From an uncultured Candidatus Binatia bacterium (GTDB lineage: Bacteria > Desulfobacterota > Binatia > UBA9968 > JAJDTQ01): DNA of 64,000 nucleotides. The notes under the pieces were generated by a model. That model saw only the letters and a list, made by a program, of their open reading frames with translations, was not told the origin of the DNA and did not search any database. The stretch spans positions 2,336,001 to 2,400,000 of the forward strand of contig OZ243916.1 of assembly GCA_965213675.1 (NCBI GenBank), written 5' to 3'. Both the position numbers and the translations under genes were made by a program. This document shows positions 21,748 to 31,679 of the stretch, in pieces; within the stretch, counting starts at the first letter, position 1, and each line of letters starts with the position of its first letter.

Positions 21748-24153
21748 ATGATTCACGTGATCGAGAACGCTCCCGAGGAAGACGCTTCCCATCTGGTGAC
21801 CCTGGAGGAGATCGGCCGGTTCGTGGACGAAGCCGCGGACTTGAAAGGATGCCTCAACAGCATTGCCGGCATCGTGGCCAAGCGCATGCAGACCGAGGTT
21901 TGCTCGGTCTACCTCCTGGACACGGACCTCGACCGGCTGACTCTGCGCGCCACCAAGGGACTCGATCCGGTGGCCGTGGGGCGCGTCGCCATGAACGTCG
22001 GCGAAGGGCTGGCGGGGCTCGTGGTGGAGACCGGGGAGCCCGTGATGGTGATGGACGCTCCGTCACATACCCGGTTCCTGTACTTCCCGGAAACCGGCGA
22101 GGAACGGTACCACTCGTTCTTTGGCGTCCCGGTGCACGCGCGCAAGAAACCCATCGGGGTGCTGGTGGTGCAGACTTCCCGCCCGCGCGAGTTCACGCAG
22201 GACGAGGTTCGTCTCCTCAAGGCCATATCCGCGCAGGTTTCCACGATCATCGTCCACGCGCGGCTCATGGACTCGCTCAAGGACAAGGAGCGTGAGCGCA
22301 AGCAGTCGCGCCGGCGCATGGTCAACGCGTTGCGCCGCCTCCGGTTGTCCGAGGGACGGGGCAAACAACGCACCGGCGAGGCGCCGCGCAAGTTCCGCAG
22401 CCGTCTCACCGGGCTGACCGCCTGTCCCGGATTCGCCATCGGCAAGGCGCATCTCATGCAGCGGCGCCTGGACCTCGGCGCCATCACGCGCTCCCACACC
22501 GGCGACTCCCGGGGCGAACTCGAACGCTTCCGCGCGGCGGTGCAGCGCGCCGTGGAACAGGTGGCGGAGATCAAGACCCGCATGACCGCCCTCATCTCCG
22601 ACGAGGCCGGGGCGATCTTCGACGTGCACCGGCTGGTGCTCAACGACCCCGTCCTGCGCGACGAGATCGAAAACCGCATCCGCGACAAGGGACTGACCGC
22701 CTACTACGCGGTCGCCAGCACCTTCCGCAAGCACATGCAGACCGTCAGCGAGGTGGGTGACAGCTACCTCAAGGAACGCACCGCCGACATCCGCGATGTG
22801 GCCGAGCGCTTGCTGGACAACCTGTCCGGCTCCGGCGAACGCCAGCCGGCGATTCCGGAGAACGGCGCCATCCTGGTGGCCGAAGACCTTTCGCCCGCCG
22901 ATCTCGCGGTCATCGAGGGAGACCGTTTCCAGGGCATCGTGCTGTCCACGGGCGGCGTCACGTCCCATGCGTCACTGCTCGCCAAATCGTTCGAGATCCC
23001 CACCGTGGTGGCGGCGGAGGGTCTGCTCGAAAGCGTACGCAAGGAGGACTGGTTGATCGTCGACGGCAACTCCGGGGTGGTGTTCGTCAATCCCAACAAG
23101 GAGATCATCGGCGAATACGACCGGCTGGAGCGCCACTATCTGGCCGTCAACCGCGAACTGGACGAGATGCGCGACCTGCCCGCGGAGACCACCGACGGCC
23201 ACCGCGTGCACCTGCTGGCCAACATGGGCCTGCTCACGGACATCCGTTTCGCCCATGCCCACGGCGCCGAGGGCATCGGCCTTTACCGGACCGAGATTCC
23301 GTTTCTCGCCTACCATGACTTCCCCACGGAAGCGCAGCAGTTCGCCCTTTATCAGAAGGTCGTGGAGGGGATGGCCGGCAGGCCCGTCACCATCCGCACC
23401 CTCGACATCGGCGCCGACAAGTACCCGCCCTACGTCGGCATCGCCCGTTCCGAGCCCAATCCCTTTCTCGGATGGCGTTCCATCCGGGTGTCGCTGGAGG
23501 TTTCCGACACGTTCCGGATGCAGCTCCGGGCCATTCTGCGGGCCAGCGCCCTGGGACCGGTGCGCCTCTTGATCCCCATGATCTCGAGTCTGGAGGAGAT
23601 CCTCCGGGTGAAGGCCATCGTGCGCGACATCAAGACCGAACTGACACGCCGCCACATCCCCTTCGACGCCGGAATGGAGTTGGGAATCATGGTCGAGGTG
23701 CCCGCGGCGGTACAGATGGCCCATCGTCTGGTGGAGGAAGTGGACTTCGTGAGCATCGGCACCAACGATCTCATCCAGTACCTGCTGGCCGTGGACCGCG
23801 GCAACCGCAAGGTCGCGCCGCTGTACGAACCCTTTCACCCCGCGGTCCTGTCCGCGCTGGCCCAGGTCATCCGCGCCGCCAGGGCCAGCGGCAAGAGAAC
23901 CGCGATGTGCGGCGAGATGGCCAGCGACCCGCTCTCCACCGTGTTGCTCATGGGGCTGGGCCTCGAAGAGTTCAGCATGGAATCCCTGTCCATTCCCGTG
24001 GTTCGCAAGCTCGTGCGCACGGTCAGCTACGAGCAGGCCCAGGCCATCGCGCGCACCGCGCTCCGGCTGGATACGGTGGACGAGATCAAGCGTCACCTGT
24101 TCGGTGAGATGCGCGCCCTGGGGCTGGTGGAACTGGTGGAACTCTATCGCTAG
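21748..24153 (+). CDS. ptsP: GAF-domain PEP-protein phosphotransferase (EI-Ntr-like)
   Basis: N-terminal GAF ([16 protein letters not shown]), TSHAS phospho-His, [16 protein letters not shown] and CGE motifs. Confidence 0.93.
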   Translation: MIHVIENAPEEDASHLVTLEEIGRFVDEAADLKGCLNSIAGIVAKRMQTEVCSVYLLDTDLDRLTLRATKGLDPVAVGRVAMNVGEGLAGLVVETGEPVMVMDAPSHTRFLYFPETGEERYHSFFGVPVHARKKPIGVLVVQTSRPREFTQDEVRLLKAISAQVSTIIVHARLMDSLKDKERERKQSRRRMVNALRRLRLSEGRGKQRTGEAPRKFRSRLTGLTACPGFAIGKAHLMQRRLDLGAITRSHTGDSRGELERFRAAVQRAVEQVAEIKTRMTALISDEAGAIFDVHRLVLNDPVLRDEIENRIRDKGLTAYYAVASTFRKHMQTVSEVGDSYLKERTADIRDVAERLLDNLSGSGERQPAIPENGAILVAEDLSPADLAVIEGDRFQGIVLSTGGVTSHASLLAKSFEIPTVVAAEGLLESVRKEDWLIVDGNSGVVFVNPNKEIIGEYDRLERHYLAVNRELDEMRDLPAETTDGHRVHLLANMGLLTDIRFAHAHGAEGIGLYRTEIPFLAYHDFPTEAQQFALYQKVVEGMAGRPVTIRTLDIGADKYPPYVGIARSEPNPFLGWRSIRVSLEVSDTFRMQLRAILRASALGPVRLLIPMISSLEEILRVKAIVRDIKTELTRRHIPFDAGMELGIMVEVPAAVQMAHRLVEEVDFVSIGTNDLIQYLLAVDRGNRKVAPLYEPFHPAVLSALAQVIRAARASGKRTAMCGEMASDPLSTVLLMGLGLEEFSMESLSIPVVRKLVRTVSYEQAQAIARTALRLDTVDEIKRHLFGEMRALGLVELVELYR

Positions 24154-24164
24154 TGTGGTGTCTG
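24150..24164. repeat. Isolated end of the 8086-8250 MITE overlapping the ptsP stop codon
   Basis: CTAGTGTGGTGTCTG is identical to the first 15 nt of the MITE TIR; its TAG is the ptsP stop. Confidence 0.65.
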
Positions 24165-24405
24165 TCGGATCCGGTCCAGTGCAAGGGCGAACGGCCGGTC
24201 AAAGTTCTTTCGGCGCAGGCTCCCGGGAGCCTGTGGAGTGTACCGGATCGCAGCGGGAGGCATGGAAGCCGGTCCATTGCCCGGCCTCTCGCTGGCAAGG
24301 ACGTGACGCCGGCTTCCTTCCCTTGACACCCCGTCCCCGCGACGCCCGGCCGCGAACTCCGGCCAAGTGCGCGTTACCCTTGGCTTTGGGGCCTGGTCGA
24401 ACTCC

Positions 24406-24421
24406 TGGCACGACGGTTGCT
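24406..24421 (+). promoter_or_regulatory. Sigma-54 (-24/-12) promoter
   Basis: TGGCACGACGGTTGCT matches the consensus TGGCAC-N5-TTGCW exactly, just upstream of the FliA-like gene. Confidence 0.8.
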
Positions 24422-24434
24422 CTCATGTGGCTCC

Positions 24435-25184
24435 ATGAAGGAGCTACCGTGTGGGCCGGAGCCGGGAAACCCGACAGCAGCCGCGGAAGACGACTGCCAG
24501 GACGAACTCGTGGCGACGTACCTGCCCCTGGTGGAAGCCGTCGCCCATCAACTCCACCGTCGCCTGCCGCCGAACGTGGACATCGACGCCTTGATCAATT
24601 CCGGCGTCGTGGGTCTGCTGGAAGCACTGGACCGCTACGATCCCGAGCGCGGCGTCTCGTTCTCCGCCTACGCGAAACCTCGCGTCTACGGTGAAATGAT
24701 CCAGTGCCTGCGATCACTGGACTGGGTCAGCCGTTCGATCCGGGCCTGGGGACGCCGCTTTTCCGCCGCCCGCACGCGGCTCGCCGTGGAACTCTGCCGC
24801 GAGGCAACCACCGAAGAGATGGCCGAGGAGCTGCAACTGCCACTGGCGCAGTACCACAAGCTCAACTACCAGGTGGGGGAATATGGGTGCCAGAGTCTCG
24901 ACGACCCGCAGTGCAGCGAGTTGGATCTGATCATGGACCGAAGCGCCGACGCCCCGGAACTCTATCGGGACCCGTCCTACCACGCGGAACTCGCCGACAT
25001 GCTGGACAAACTGAAACACGCGGTGGCGGAACTTCCGGAGCGGGAGCGGGTGGTGGTCACGCTACGGAACGATCACGAGCTCAAATTCCGCGAAATCGGA
25101 GAGAGACTGGGAGTGACCGAAGCCAGGATCTGTCAGATCTACGTGCAAGCCCGCAAGCGCCTTTACGAGGCGCTCACGGATTGA
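24435..25184 (+). CDS. fliA: FliA/WhiG-family (sigma-28-like) RNA polymerase sigma factor, divergent
   Basis: YLPLV, RLPPNVDIDALINSG..GLL.A.DRYDP.RG..F, LRSLDWVSRS and region 4 LPERER...EIGERLGVTEARICQ. Confidence 0.85.
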   Translation: MKELPCGPEPGNPTAAAEDDCQDELVATYLPLVEAVAHQLHRRLPPNVDIDALINSGVVGLLEALDRYDPERGVSFSAYAKPRVYGEMIQCLRSLDWVSRSIRAWGRRFSAARTRLAVELCREATTEEMAEELQLPLAQYHKLNYQVGEYGCQSLDDPQCSELDLIMDRSADAPELYRDPSYHAELADMLDKLKHAVAELPERERVVVTLRNDHELKFREIGERLGVTEARICQIYVQARKRLYEALTD

Positions 25185-25224
25185 GGACGCCGCCCGCGGG
25201 CGCGCGCGAAGAGACCGTGAAGCT

Positions 25225-26595
25225 TCAGCCCCCGGCGCGAATGGCGGCGATTTCGTCCTGAATGACCTCCAACCGGGGCGAGCCCGGCGCGTACTGCTGG
25301 GCGGCGCGCTCCAGCGCGTCGAGCGCCTTGCCGGTCTGGTCACGCAGCAGGTACGACTGGGCCAGATAGTAGTGCGCCTTGCCCGGCTGGTTGAGCTTTC
25401 GGTAGGCATATCCGAGGAGGCGGGCGGCCTCGGCCCAGGACGGCGCCAACTGACGCGCTTTCAGATAAGCGCGCGCGGCTTCCCGGAAACGCGACTCCTT
25501 CTCGAAGAGCCGGCCGCGGTACAGGTGGCTGATGGGATCGTCAGGTTGATGTTCCAACATGCGATCAAGGGCGGCATGCGCCTTGGGGATTTCCTCCGTG
25601 TGGAGATACACGCGCCCGAGATCGCGATGCAGGTTGGGGACCGCCAGGTCCGAACGCGCCGCCCGTTCCAGCATGTCCCGTGCCTGCACCCACCGGCCGG
25701 TGGCGGCGTAGGCAAGCCCCAGCAAGTAAACCGGCATGGCGGCCGTGGGACGGCTCTCGTGGTCTTTTCTGAGCCGTTCCACGACCACGTCAGGCTTGTC
25801 CCGCAGCTCGATCAACAACTTGACGCGCTCGATGTCGTCGGCGTCCCTGTAACGGGGTACCGAAAGCCCCTGCGCGCGTATCGATGCCGACAGATTGGCG
25901 ATGCGTTTATCCGTCAGCGGGTGCGTCAGGAGGTACGCGGGTCTCCCGACGGGATTGAGCCGCCGCTCGCGGTACATCCTTTGCATGAAGGTGACCGCCG
26001 CCCCAGGATCATAACCCGCGCGTGCGAGGTAGCCGACGCCCAGGTTGTCCGCCTGCTCCTCCATCTGCCGGCTGAACTCCAGTTGCCGGGTCATGGCGAC
26101 AGCGGGGCCGGCCAGGGCGGCAGGCCCGATGACCGGCGCCAGGAACACCCCCAGCATGCCCACGAGCATGGCGGCGTCCGTGGAGGAAGCGAGAACGTGG
26201 AAGTGCCGCGCGTCCACGTGAACGATCTCGTGGGCGATGACCGAAGCCAACTCGTCCGTGCTCTCCACGCGCTGAATCAGGCCAGAGTGCAGGAAGATGC
26301 TGCCGCCGGGGACCGCGAACGCATTCAGCGACGGATCCGCGATGACGAAGAAGCGGTAAGGGTATCGAATGTTGCCGACGGCTTCGAGAATACGGCGACC
26401 GATGCGGTCGGCATAGAGCTCGATCTCGGGGTCTTCGATGAACTTGAGCCGGTGGCGGGCTTCCCGCCGGAACTGGCGGCTGATGCGGATTTCCTCATCC
26501 TGGGACAGCGCGTGGGCGTACGGCATGTGGAGCGGCGCCGTCGCGTGGCACAAGACCAACAGCACCACGGCCCAAAAGTGGAGGCCTCTCCGCAT
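25225..26595 (-). CDS. M48 metalloprotease with TPRs (BepA/YfgC-like)
   Basis: Signal peptide, NAFAVPGG, AHEIVH, FSRQMEEQAD, LLTHP and C-terminal TPRs. Confidence 0.9.
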   Translation of the reverse strand: MRRGLHFWAVVLLVLCHATAPLHMPYAHALSQDEEIRISRQFRREARHRLKFIEDPEIELYADRIGRRILEAVGNIRYPYRFFVIADPSLNAFAVPGGSIFLHSGLIQRVESTDELASVIAHEIVHVDARHFHVLASSTDAAMLVGMLGVFLAPVIGPAALAGPAVAMTRQLEFSRQMEEQADNLGVGYLARAGYDPGAAVTFMQRMYRERRLNPVGRPAYLLTHPLTDKRIANLSASIRAQGLSVPRYRDADDIERVKLLIELRDKPDVVVERLRKDHESRPTAAMPVYLLGLAYAATGRWVQARDMLERAARSDLAVPNLHRDLGRVYLHTEEIPKAHAALDRMLEHQPDDPISHLYRGRLFEKESRFREAARAYLKARQLAPSWAEAARLLGYAYRKLNQPGKAHYYLAQSYLLRDQTGKALDALERAAQQYAPGSPRLEVIQDEIAAIRAGG

Positions 26596-26601
26596 ACGTG
26601 G

Positions 26602-26630
26602 AATCTATCCGACGCCCCCGGACGGGTCAA
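26602..26630 (-). promoter_or_regulatory. Sigma-70 promoter of the bepA-like gene (leaderless)
   Basis: TTGACC-17-TAGATT; 6 nt from -10 to ATG; no SD. Confidence 0.6.
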
Positions 26631-26752
26631 ACCCGCTCAGACCCGATTTCCACGGAGGCCATCACGCGGGAAACCGGGTCCGGGCTGGTGTGGAGCTGGT
26701 TCCCGCGCGGCCTCCTGCAGGAATCTGCAGGGCGCGACGCGGGAGATTCCGA

Positions 26753-28834
26753 TCACTCCAGTCCGAGCCAGACGAACAGCTCGCCCGGCGGGAACGGCAG
26801 ATGGAGGGCCAGGTCGAAAATGCCGGCGAAGAACGCATATGCCACCGCCGTCAGGATGATCGACATGAACCAGTTCTCCCGCGCGCCGAACTTGAGATAC
26901 AGGAAGGTCGCCACCATCGAGGACCATACGAACCCAAGCAGCCAGATGGAAACGAAGAATCCCACGACCCAGGCGCTGATCGCCAGGGTGCGGCGGCGCG
27001 TCTCTTCCGGTGAAATCTCCTCCACCTCCTCGACGCCCTCTTCCCCGTGCACCATCACTCTGGAGGTGGTGGTGATTTCCTTCACGAACACCACCCCGCT
27101 GATGACCAAGGCGGGCAGTCCGATGATGAGCGGGAACAACGCGGCCCGTTCCTCGTAGGCGCCGAAACCGAAGAAGACCTCACGCATCACGTAGGCGAAC
27201 AACGCCACGAAGCACAGCGCGAAGACGCCGTGGGCGATGCGGTCGTTGCGCGGGACCTCTTCCATCGTCTTGGTGATGCCGGGGACCTCGAACTTGTTCT
27301 CGTGGCGCTCGGCCCGCTTGCGCTCCCGCCAGGACTGAAAAAGGGGATAGAGCGCTCCGGCCAGAATGAGGAGCGAGATGACCAGCACACCCGGCCGCAG
27401 GAGGAAACCGGCGCCGTACACCTTGGTGGCGATGAACAGGTTGTTCTCCGCGATGCCGCCCAGGACGAGCCCCAGCAGCAGCGGCGGCCGCTGCCAGTCG
27501 AAGCGCACCATGAGCCATCCCACCGCGCCGAACAGCAGCACCAGCAGCATGTCGCCGAACGCATTGTTGACCGCGAAGCCCCCCAGATAGATGAGCAGCA
27601 GGAGGAACGGGATCAGGTAGGTGCCCTTGACGAAGGTGATCTTGGCGAGCTGGTTCAGGAACAGCAGGCAGACCGCCACCGTGATGATGTTCGACACCAC
27701 GATGATCCAGACGAAGGAAAAGGTGAGATCCAGGTGCTTGTCCGGATCCAGCAGGTCTGGTCCAGGCACGATTCCCTGAATGATGAACGCCCCCAGCAGG
27801 ATCGCCATGGAGACGCTGCCGGGCACGCCGAAGGCGATGGTGGGCACCAGCGCACCGCCCTCCTTGGAGTTGTTGGCCGCGCCGGGTCCCAGCACGCCCT
27901 CGATGGCGCCCTTGCCGAAGCGATCCTTGTCGCCGCCGGAACTCTGCACCGCGTGGGCATAAGCGACCCACTGCGCCGGGCCGCCCCCCAGACCCGGGAT
28001 GAGGCCGATGTAGGAGCCGATGGCGCTGCACCCCAGCACCAGCTTCCAATGGCGGAAGGTGTCGGCGATGCCCTGCATGACGCCGCCCAGCTTGCCGGTG
28101 GACTGGCGCGCGATGCTTGATCCCTGCACCGACAGCTCGATGATCTCGGGAATGGCGAACAGCCCCACGGTGACCGAAACCAGTGAGAGTCCGTCCCACA
28201 GAAACAGCGCGGCATCTTCGCCAATGATCGGATCGAGGGTGAAGCGCGGCACGCTCTCGATGGGGTCCAGGCCGACGGTGGCGAGAATCAGCCCCATGGC
28301 ACCGGTGCACAGTCCCTTGAGCATGTTGCCGCCGCTCAGGGAGGCCACGAACGTGATGCCCAGAAGGGCCAGCATGAAGAATTCCGAGGAGCCGATGGAG
28401 AGCACCAGCGGTTGCACGATGGGGATGGCCAGCGCCAGGGCGAAAGCGCCGAACACCGCGCCCACCAGCGAGCTCATGAGCGCGGCACCGAGGGCGCGGC
28501 CGGCCTCGCCCTTCTTGGCCATGGGGTGGCCATCGACGATGGTGGCCGCGGTGATGCCCTCGCCCGGGACGCCGAAGAGAATGGAGGTAATGTCCCCGGT
28601 GGTGGCGGTGACCGCGTTGGAACCCAACAGGAACGCGAACGCGGTGGTGGGGTCCATGTTGTAGATGAACGGCAGCATCAGGGCCAACGTGGTGGCCCCG
28701 CCCAGACCGGGCAGAATCCCCACCACGAACCCGATGGCGATGCCGATGAGCATGAACAGGAACGGATCCTGTCCCGCGGCGCTGAAGGGCAGAATGTTGG
28801 CCAGACCGATGAAGAATGAGTTGAAGGTATCCAT
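26753..28834 (-). CDS. tctA: Tripartite tricarboxylate transporter TctA fused to a C-terminal TctB-like domain
   Basis: GILPGLG, DGHPMAKKGEAGRAL, ANNSKEGG and GVPGS; an extra ~170 aa hydrophobic tail ending FDLALHLPFPPG is TctB-like. Confidence 0.88.
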   Translation of the reverse strand: MDTFNSFFIGLANILPFSAAGQDPFLFMLIGIAIGFVVGILPGLGGATTLALMLPFIYNMDPTTAFAFLLGSNAVTATTGDITSILFGVPGEGITAATIVDGHPMAKKGEAGRALGAALMSSLVGAVFGAFALALAIPIVQPLVLSIGSSEFFMLALLGITFVASLSGGNMLKGLCTGAMGLILATVGLDPIESVPRFTLDPIIGEDAALFLWDGLSLVSVTVGLFAIPEIIELSVQGSSIARQSTGKLGGVMQGIADTFRHWKLVLGCSAIGSYIGLIPGLGGGPAQWVAYAHAVQSSGGDKDRFGKGAIEGVLGPGAANNSKEGGALVPTIAFGVPGSVSMAILLGAFIIQGIVPGPDLLDPDKHLDLTFSFVWIIVVSNIITVAVCLLFLNQLAKITFVKGTYLIPFLLLLIYLGGFAVNNAFGDMLLVLLFGAVGWLMVRFDWQRPPLLLGLVLGGIAENNLFIATKVYGAGFLLRPGVLVISLLILAGALYPLFQSWRERKRAERHENKFEVPGITKTMEEVPRNDRIAHGVFALCFVALFAYVMREVFFGFGAYEERAALFPLIIGLPALVISGVVFVKEITTTSRVMVHGEEGVEEVEEISPEETRRRTLAISAWVVGFFVSIWLLGFVWSSMVATFLYLKFGARENWFMSIILTAVAYAFFAGIFDLALHLPFPPGELFVWLGLE

Positions 28835-28950
28835 ACGATGGTCTCTGAACGCCGGAAGCGGGTTCCGGACTGGGGACGCCCTTACCGTCGATACAGGGTC
28901 AAGGAGTGTTTGCGGCGGATGACGGACGTTGAAGTTGTGTGGGAAGAAAC

Positions 28951-28982
28951 GAACAAATCAACCAAGGAACAAATCAACCAAG
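28951..28982. repeat. Perfect tandem 16-bp direct repeat in the tctA leader
   Basis: GAACAAATCAACCAAG x2. Confidence 0.8.
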
Positions 28983-28988
28983 CGTGCC

Positions 28989-29017
28989 TTTATCGCCGAA
29001 ATGACAACGAGTGTCAA
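28989..29017 (-). promoter_or_regulatory. Putative sigma-70 promoter of tctA
   Basis: TTGACA-17-GATAAA on the minus strand. Confidence 0.45.
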
Positions 29018-29064
29018 GGACCGCACCGGTGGTGGTGAGGCATGCGTGCTGGCGCACGCCGGCG

Positions 29065-29496
29065 TCACCGCTCGGCCGCCAGCGACTCGTAGCTTGTCCC
29101 TGCGCCGTTCTCCTGGCTCACCGGGAGACCAAGGCCGCTCCATCCCTCCACCACGACCTGACCGAAGGGGTCCCGCATGCCGCTGAAGCCGCCGCGCACG
29201 CTGGCCACGTCCCGGTAGCCGGCCTGTTCCAGCAGGTTCGCCGCGCTTTGGGAGCGAGGGCCCGCCTTGCAGCCCAGCAGCAGCTTCCGGCCAGCAGCGT
29301 AATGGCGCTGCACAATCTCCACGAACTCATGGTTGTAAGCCATGCCCTGCGCCGGATCGTGGAACGCGATGGGAATGTTCACCGCCCCCGCCGGGTGCCC
29401 CGCGGCGAATTCCTCCACCGTGCGCACGTCGATGTACACCGCGCCGGCGTCCTGCCGTAACGCGTCGTAGGCTTCCTGCGGCGAAATCTCCTTCAC
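29065..29496 (-). CDS. Rhodanese-like domain protein
   Basis: IDVRTVEEF..GHP.GAVNIP, CKAGPRS and GGFSG; GTG start with AGGAG RBS. Confidence 0.9.
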   Translation of the reverse strand: MKEISPQEAYDALRQDAGAVYIDVRTVEEFAAGHPAGAVNIPIAFHDPAQGMAYNHEFVEIVQRHYAAGRKLLLGCKAGPRSQSAANLLEQAGYRDVASVRGGFSGMRDPFGQVVVEGWSGLGLPVSQENGAGTSYESLAAER

Positions 29497-29545
29497 GGTC
29501 GCTCCTGGTCGTATCCCGCCCGGTGGCGGGTCCGCGTCCATGTTC

Positions 29546-30319
29546 CTACATGCCCATTACGTTGTAGCCGGCATCGACATGGAGAGTCTCTCCAGTGACC
29601 CCGCTCCCCAACTCCGACACGAGATAGACGGCGGTGCGGCCGATTTCGGCCGGGTCCACGTTGCGCTTGAGCGGGGCGCGCTCGCTGGCGAAGCGGAGCA
29701 TGTCCCGAAACCCGGCGATGCCGGCCGCCGCCAGGGTCTTCACCGGACCTGCCGAGATGGCGTTCACCCGGATGCCGTCCGGCCCGAGATCGTACGCCAG
29801 ATAACGCACGCTGGCCTCCAACGCCGCCTTGGCCACGCCCATGACGTTGTAGTTGGGGACGACCTTCTCGGACCCCATGTAGGTCAATGTCACCACCGCG
29901 CCGTCCCGCCCCTTCATGAGCTTGGCGGCGTGGCGCGTCAGCGCCACCAGCGAGTAGGCGCTGATATCCAGCGCCGTGTGGAACCCGGCCCGCCCGGTTT
30001 CGACAAAAGGCTGCGCCAGGTCCTCCTTGTTGGCGAAGGCAATGGCGTGGATGAGAATGTCGAGACCGCCCCACTCGCGTCCCACCGCCTCGAAGACCGC
30101 TTCGATCTCTTCGTCACGGGTGACGTCGCACGGCAGGATCAGGCTTGAGCCGATGCCTTCGGCCAATGGGCGGACGCGCTTTTCCAGGATCTCGCCGGCG
30201 TACGTGAACGCCAGATCGGCTCCCTGAGCATGAAGCTCCCTGGCCACCGCCCAGGCGATGCTCCGCTCATTGGCCACGCCGAAGATCAACGCCTTCTTTC
30301 CCGCCAGGATGTCCGCCAT
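29546..30319 (-). CDS. fabI: Enoyl-ACP reductase FabI
   Basis: GVANERSIAW, YNVMGVAKAALE and NAISAGPVKTLAA motifs. Confidence 0.95.
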   Translation of the reverse strand: MADILAGKKALIFGVANERSIAWAVARELHAQGADLAFTYAGEILEKRVRPLAEGIGSSLILPCDVTRDEEIEAVFEAVGREWGGLDILIHAIAFANKEDLAQPFVETGRAGFHTALDISAYSLVALTRHAAKLMKGRDGAVVTLTYMGSEKVVPNYNVMGVAKAALEASVRYLAYDLGPDGIRVNAISAGPVKTLAAAGIAGFRDMLRFASERAPLKRNVDPAEIGRTAVYLVSELGSGVTGETLHVDAGYNVMGM

Positions 30320-30373
30320 GTTCGACTCCGTGCCTCCGCGGCGCACACCCGCGGAGCTCGCCGCCCGTGGGGG

Positions 30374-30427
30374 CCTGTCCGATCCCAATGGAAACCAACG
30401 GATGGGTCCCCATTCGGATCGGACAGG
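30374..30427. repeat. Intergenic hairpin (18-bp arms, 1 mismatch) after the adenosyltransferase stop
   Basis: CCTGTCCGATCCCAATGG ... CCATTCGGATCGGACAGG. Confidence 0.7.
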
Positions 30428-31033
30428 TCACTGCTTCGGCCCGCTGGCCAGCCCTCTTTGCCAGAGATACTCCGTCTCACCGAGGTTCTTGCCCACCCAG
30501 CGTCCGACGACGTAGAAGAAATCGCTCAAGCGGTTGACGTACTTGAGGGGCCACTCACCGACTTCCTCCACCCGCGACAGCCGCAAGATCTCCCGCTCGC
30601 CCCGCCGGCATACCGTGCGGCACTGATGGAGCTGGGCGCTGATGGGTCCGCCGCCCGGCAGGGTAAACGACTTGAGCGGCTCGAGGTCCTTCTGGCACTC
30701 GTTGATGAGCTGCTCCAGCCCGGTGACCTCCGCCGCGCCGACGCGGTGCATGCCGTCATAGGCGCCGTCTTCCGGGGTCGCCAACTCGCTGCCCAGGTCG
30801 AACAACTCCTGCTGGATCTGCTGCAGCCAGAGGTCGAGCCTGAGGTGCAGCTCGTGCTCTCCCTTGCCCTGCTCGTTCCACGCGCGCACCAGCCCCACCA
30901 CGGCATTCAACTCGTCGATGGCGCCGTAGGCCTCCACCCGCTGGCAGTCCTTGGGAACCCGCTTCCCGCCCACGAGGCCGGTGGTGCCGTCGTCGCCGGT
31001 GCGCGTGTACACGCGCGTGATTCGAATCGCCAT
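30428..31033 (-). CDS. PduO-type ATP:cob(I)alamin adenosyltransferase
   Basis: VYTRTGDDGTT, AYGAIDELN, FDLGSELATP, RTVCRRGER and YVNRLSD motifs. Confidence 0.93.
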   Translation of the reverse strand: MAIRITRVYTRTGDDGTTGLVGGKRVPKDCQRVEAYGAIDELNAVVGLVRAWNEQGKGEHELHLRLDLWLQQIQQELFDLGSELATPEDGAYDGMHRVGAAEVTGLEQLINECQKDLEPLKSFTLPGGGPISAQLHQCRTVCRRGEREILRLSRVEEVGEWPLKYVNRLSDFFYVVGRWVGKNLGETEYLWQRGLASGPKQ

Positions 31034-31170
31034 CTTGAGACCGCCGGTTCCCCGCGAAAGGATGCCTCAAACGTATAGGGTTCAACGAGAGAAGCCAACC
31101 GTTGCGGGGCGCCCTTGTCCCGAGGCGCCGGCTGTTGTTTACGGATGGGAGATGGTACGAAGAAGGCGTG

Positions 31171-31656
31171 ATGCCGATGAAGTTCCGCCGCCACCGCTTC
31201 CTTCGTCGCTTCTTCCCTTCTCACTGCTTCCCGTATGCGGGATTGGTGCTACTGAGCCTGATGGCCCTTGGCGGCTGCATTCGGGAAGAGGAGATGAAGC
31301 TCGTCTACGCCCAGCGTTGCGCGAGCTGCCACGGTCCCGCGGGACGGGGCGACGGCCCCATCGCCAAGGCGATGTCCGCGGAGATCCCGGACTTCCGCGA
31401 CACCGTCGACAATCTGGACATCTTCGACATCCGCCGCATCATCAAGAAGGGCAAGGGCATCATGCCCGCCTTCGAGCCCGCCCTGGAGAAGTATCAGATC
31501 CAGGACATGGTGCGCATGGTGCGGTTCCTGAGCATGGAAGGCCGCGACCTGGACTGGTGGGAAAAGTTCGAGCCCCTGGTATGGGCCCACTGCTCCGTGC
31601 CCTGGCAGGCCGTTTACGATCTCGACGGCGCCGCGAAGAAGAACAGGGGTTCGTGA
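31171..31656 (+). CDS. Mono-heme c-type cytochrome, probable lipoprotein
   Basis: LGGC lipobox, CASCHG..GRGDG and MPAF motifs. Confidence 0.85.
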   Translation: MPMKFRRHRFLRRFFPSHCFPYAGLVLLSLMALGGCIREEEMKLVYAQRCASCHGPAGRGDGPIAKAMSAEIPDFRDTVDNLDIFDIRRIIKKGKGIMPAFEPALEKYQIQDMVRMVRFLSMEGRDLDWWEKFEPLVWAHCSVPWQAVYDLDGAAKKNRGS

Positions 31657-31679
31657 AACTGCTCGGCGGCGGCGCCTGC

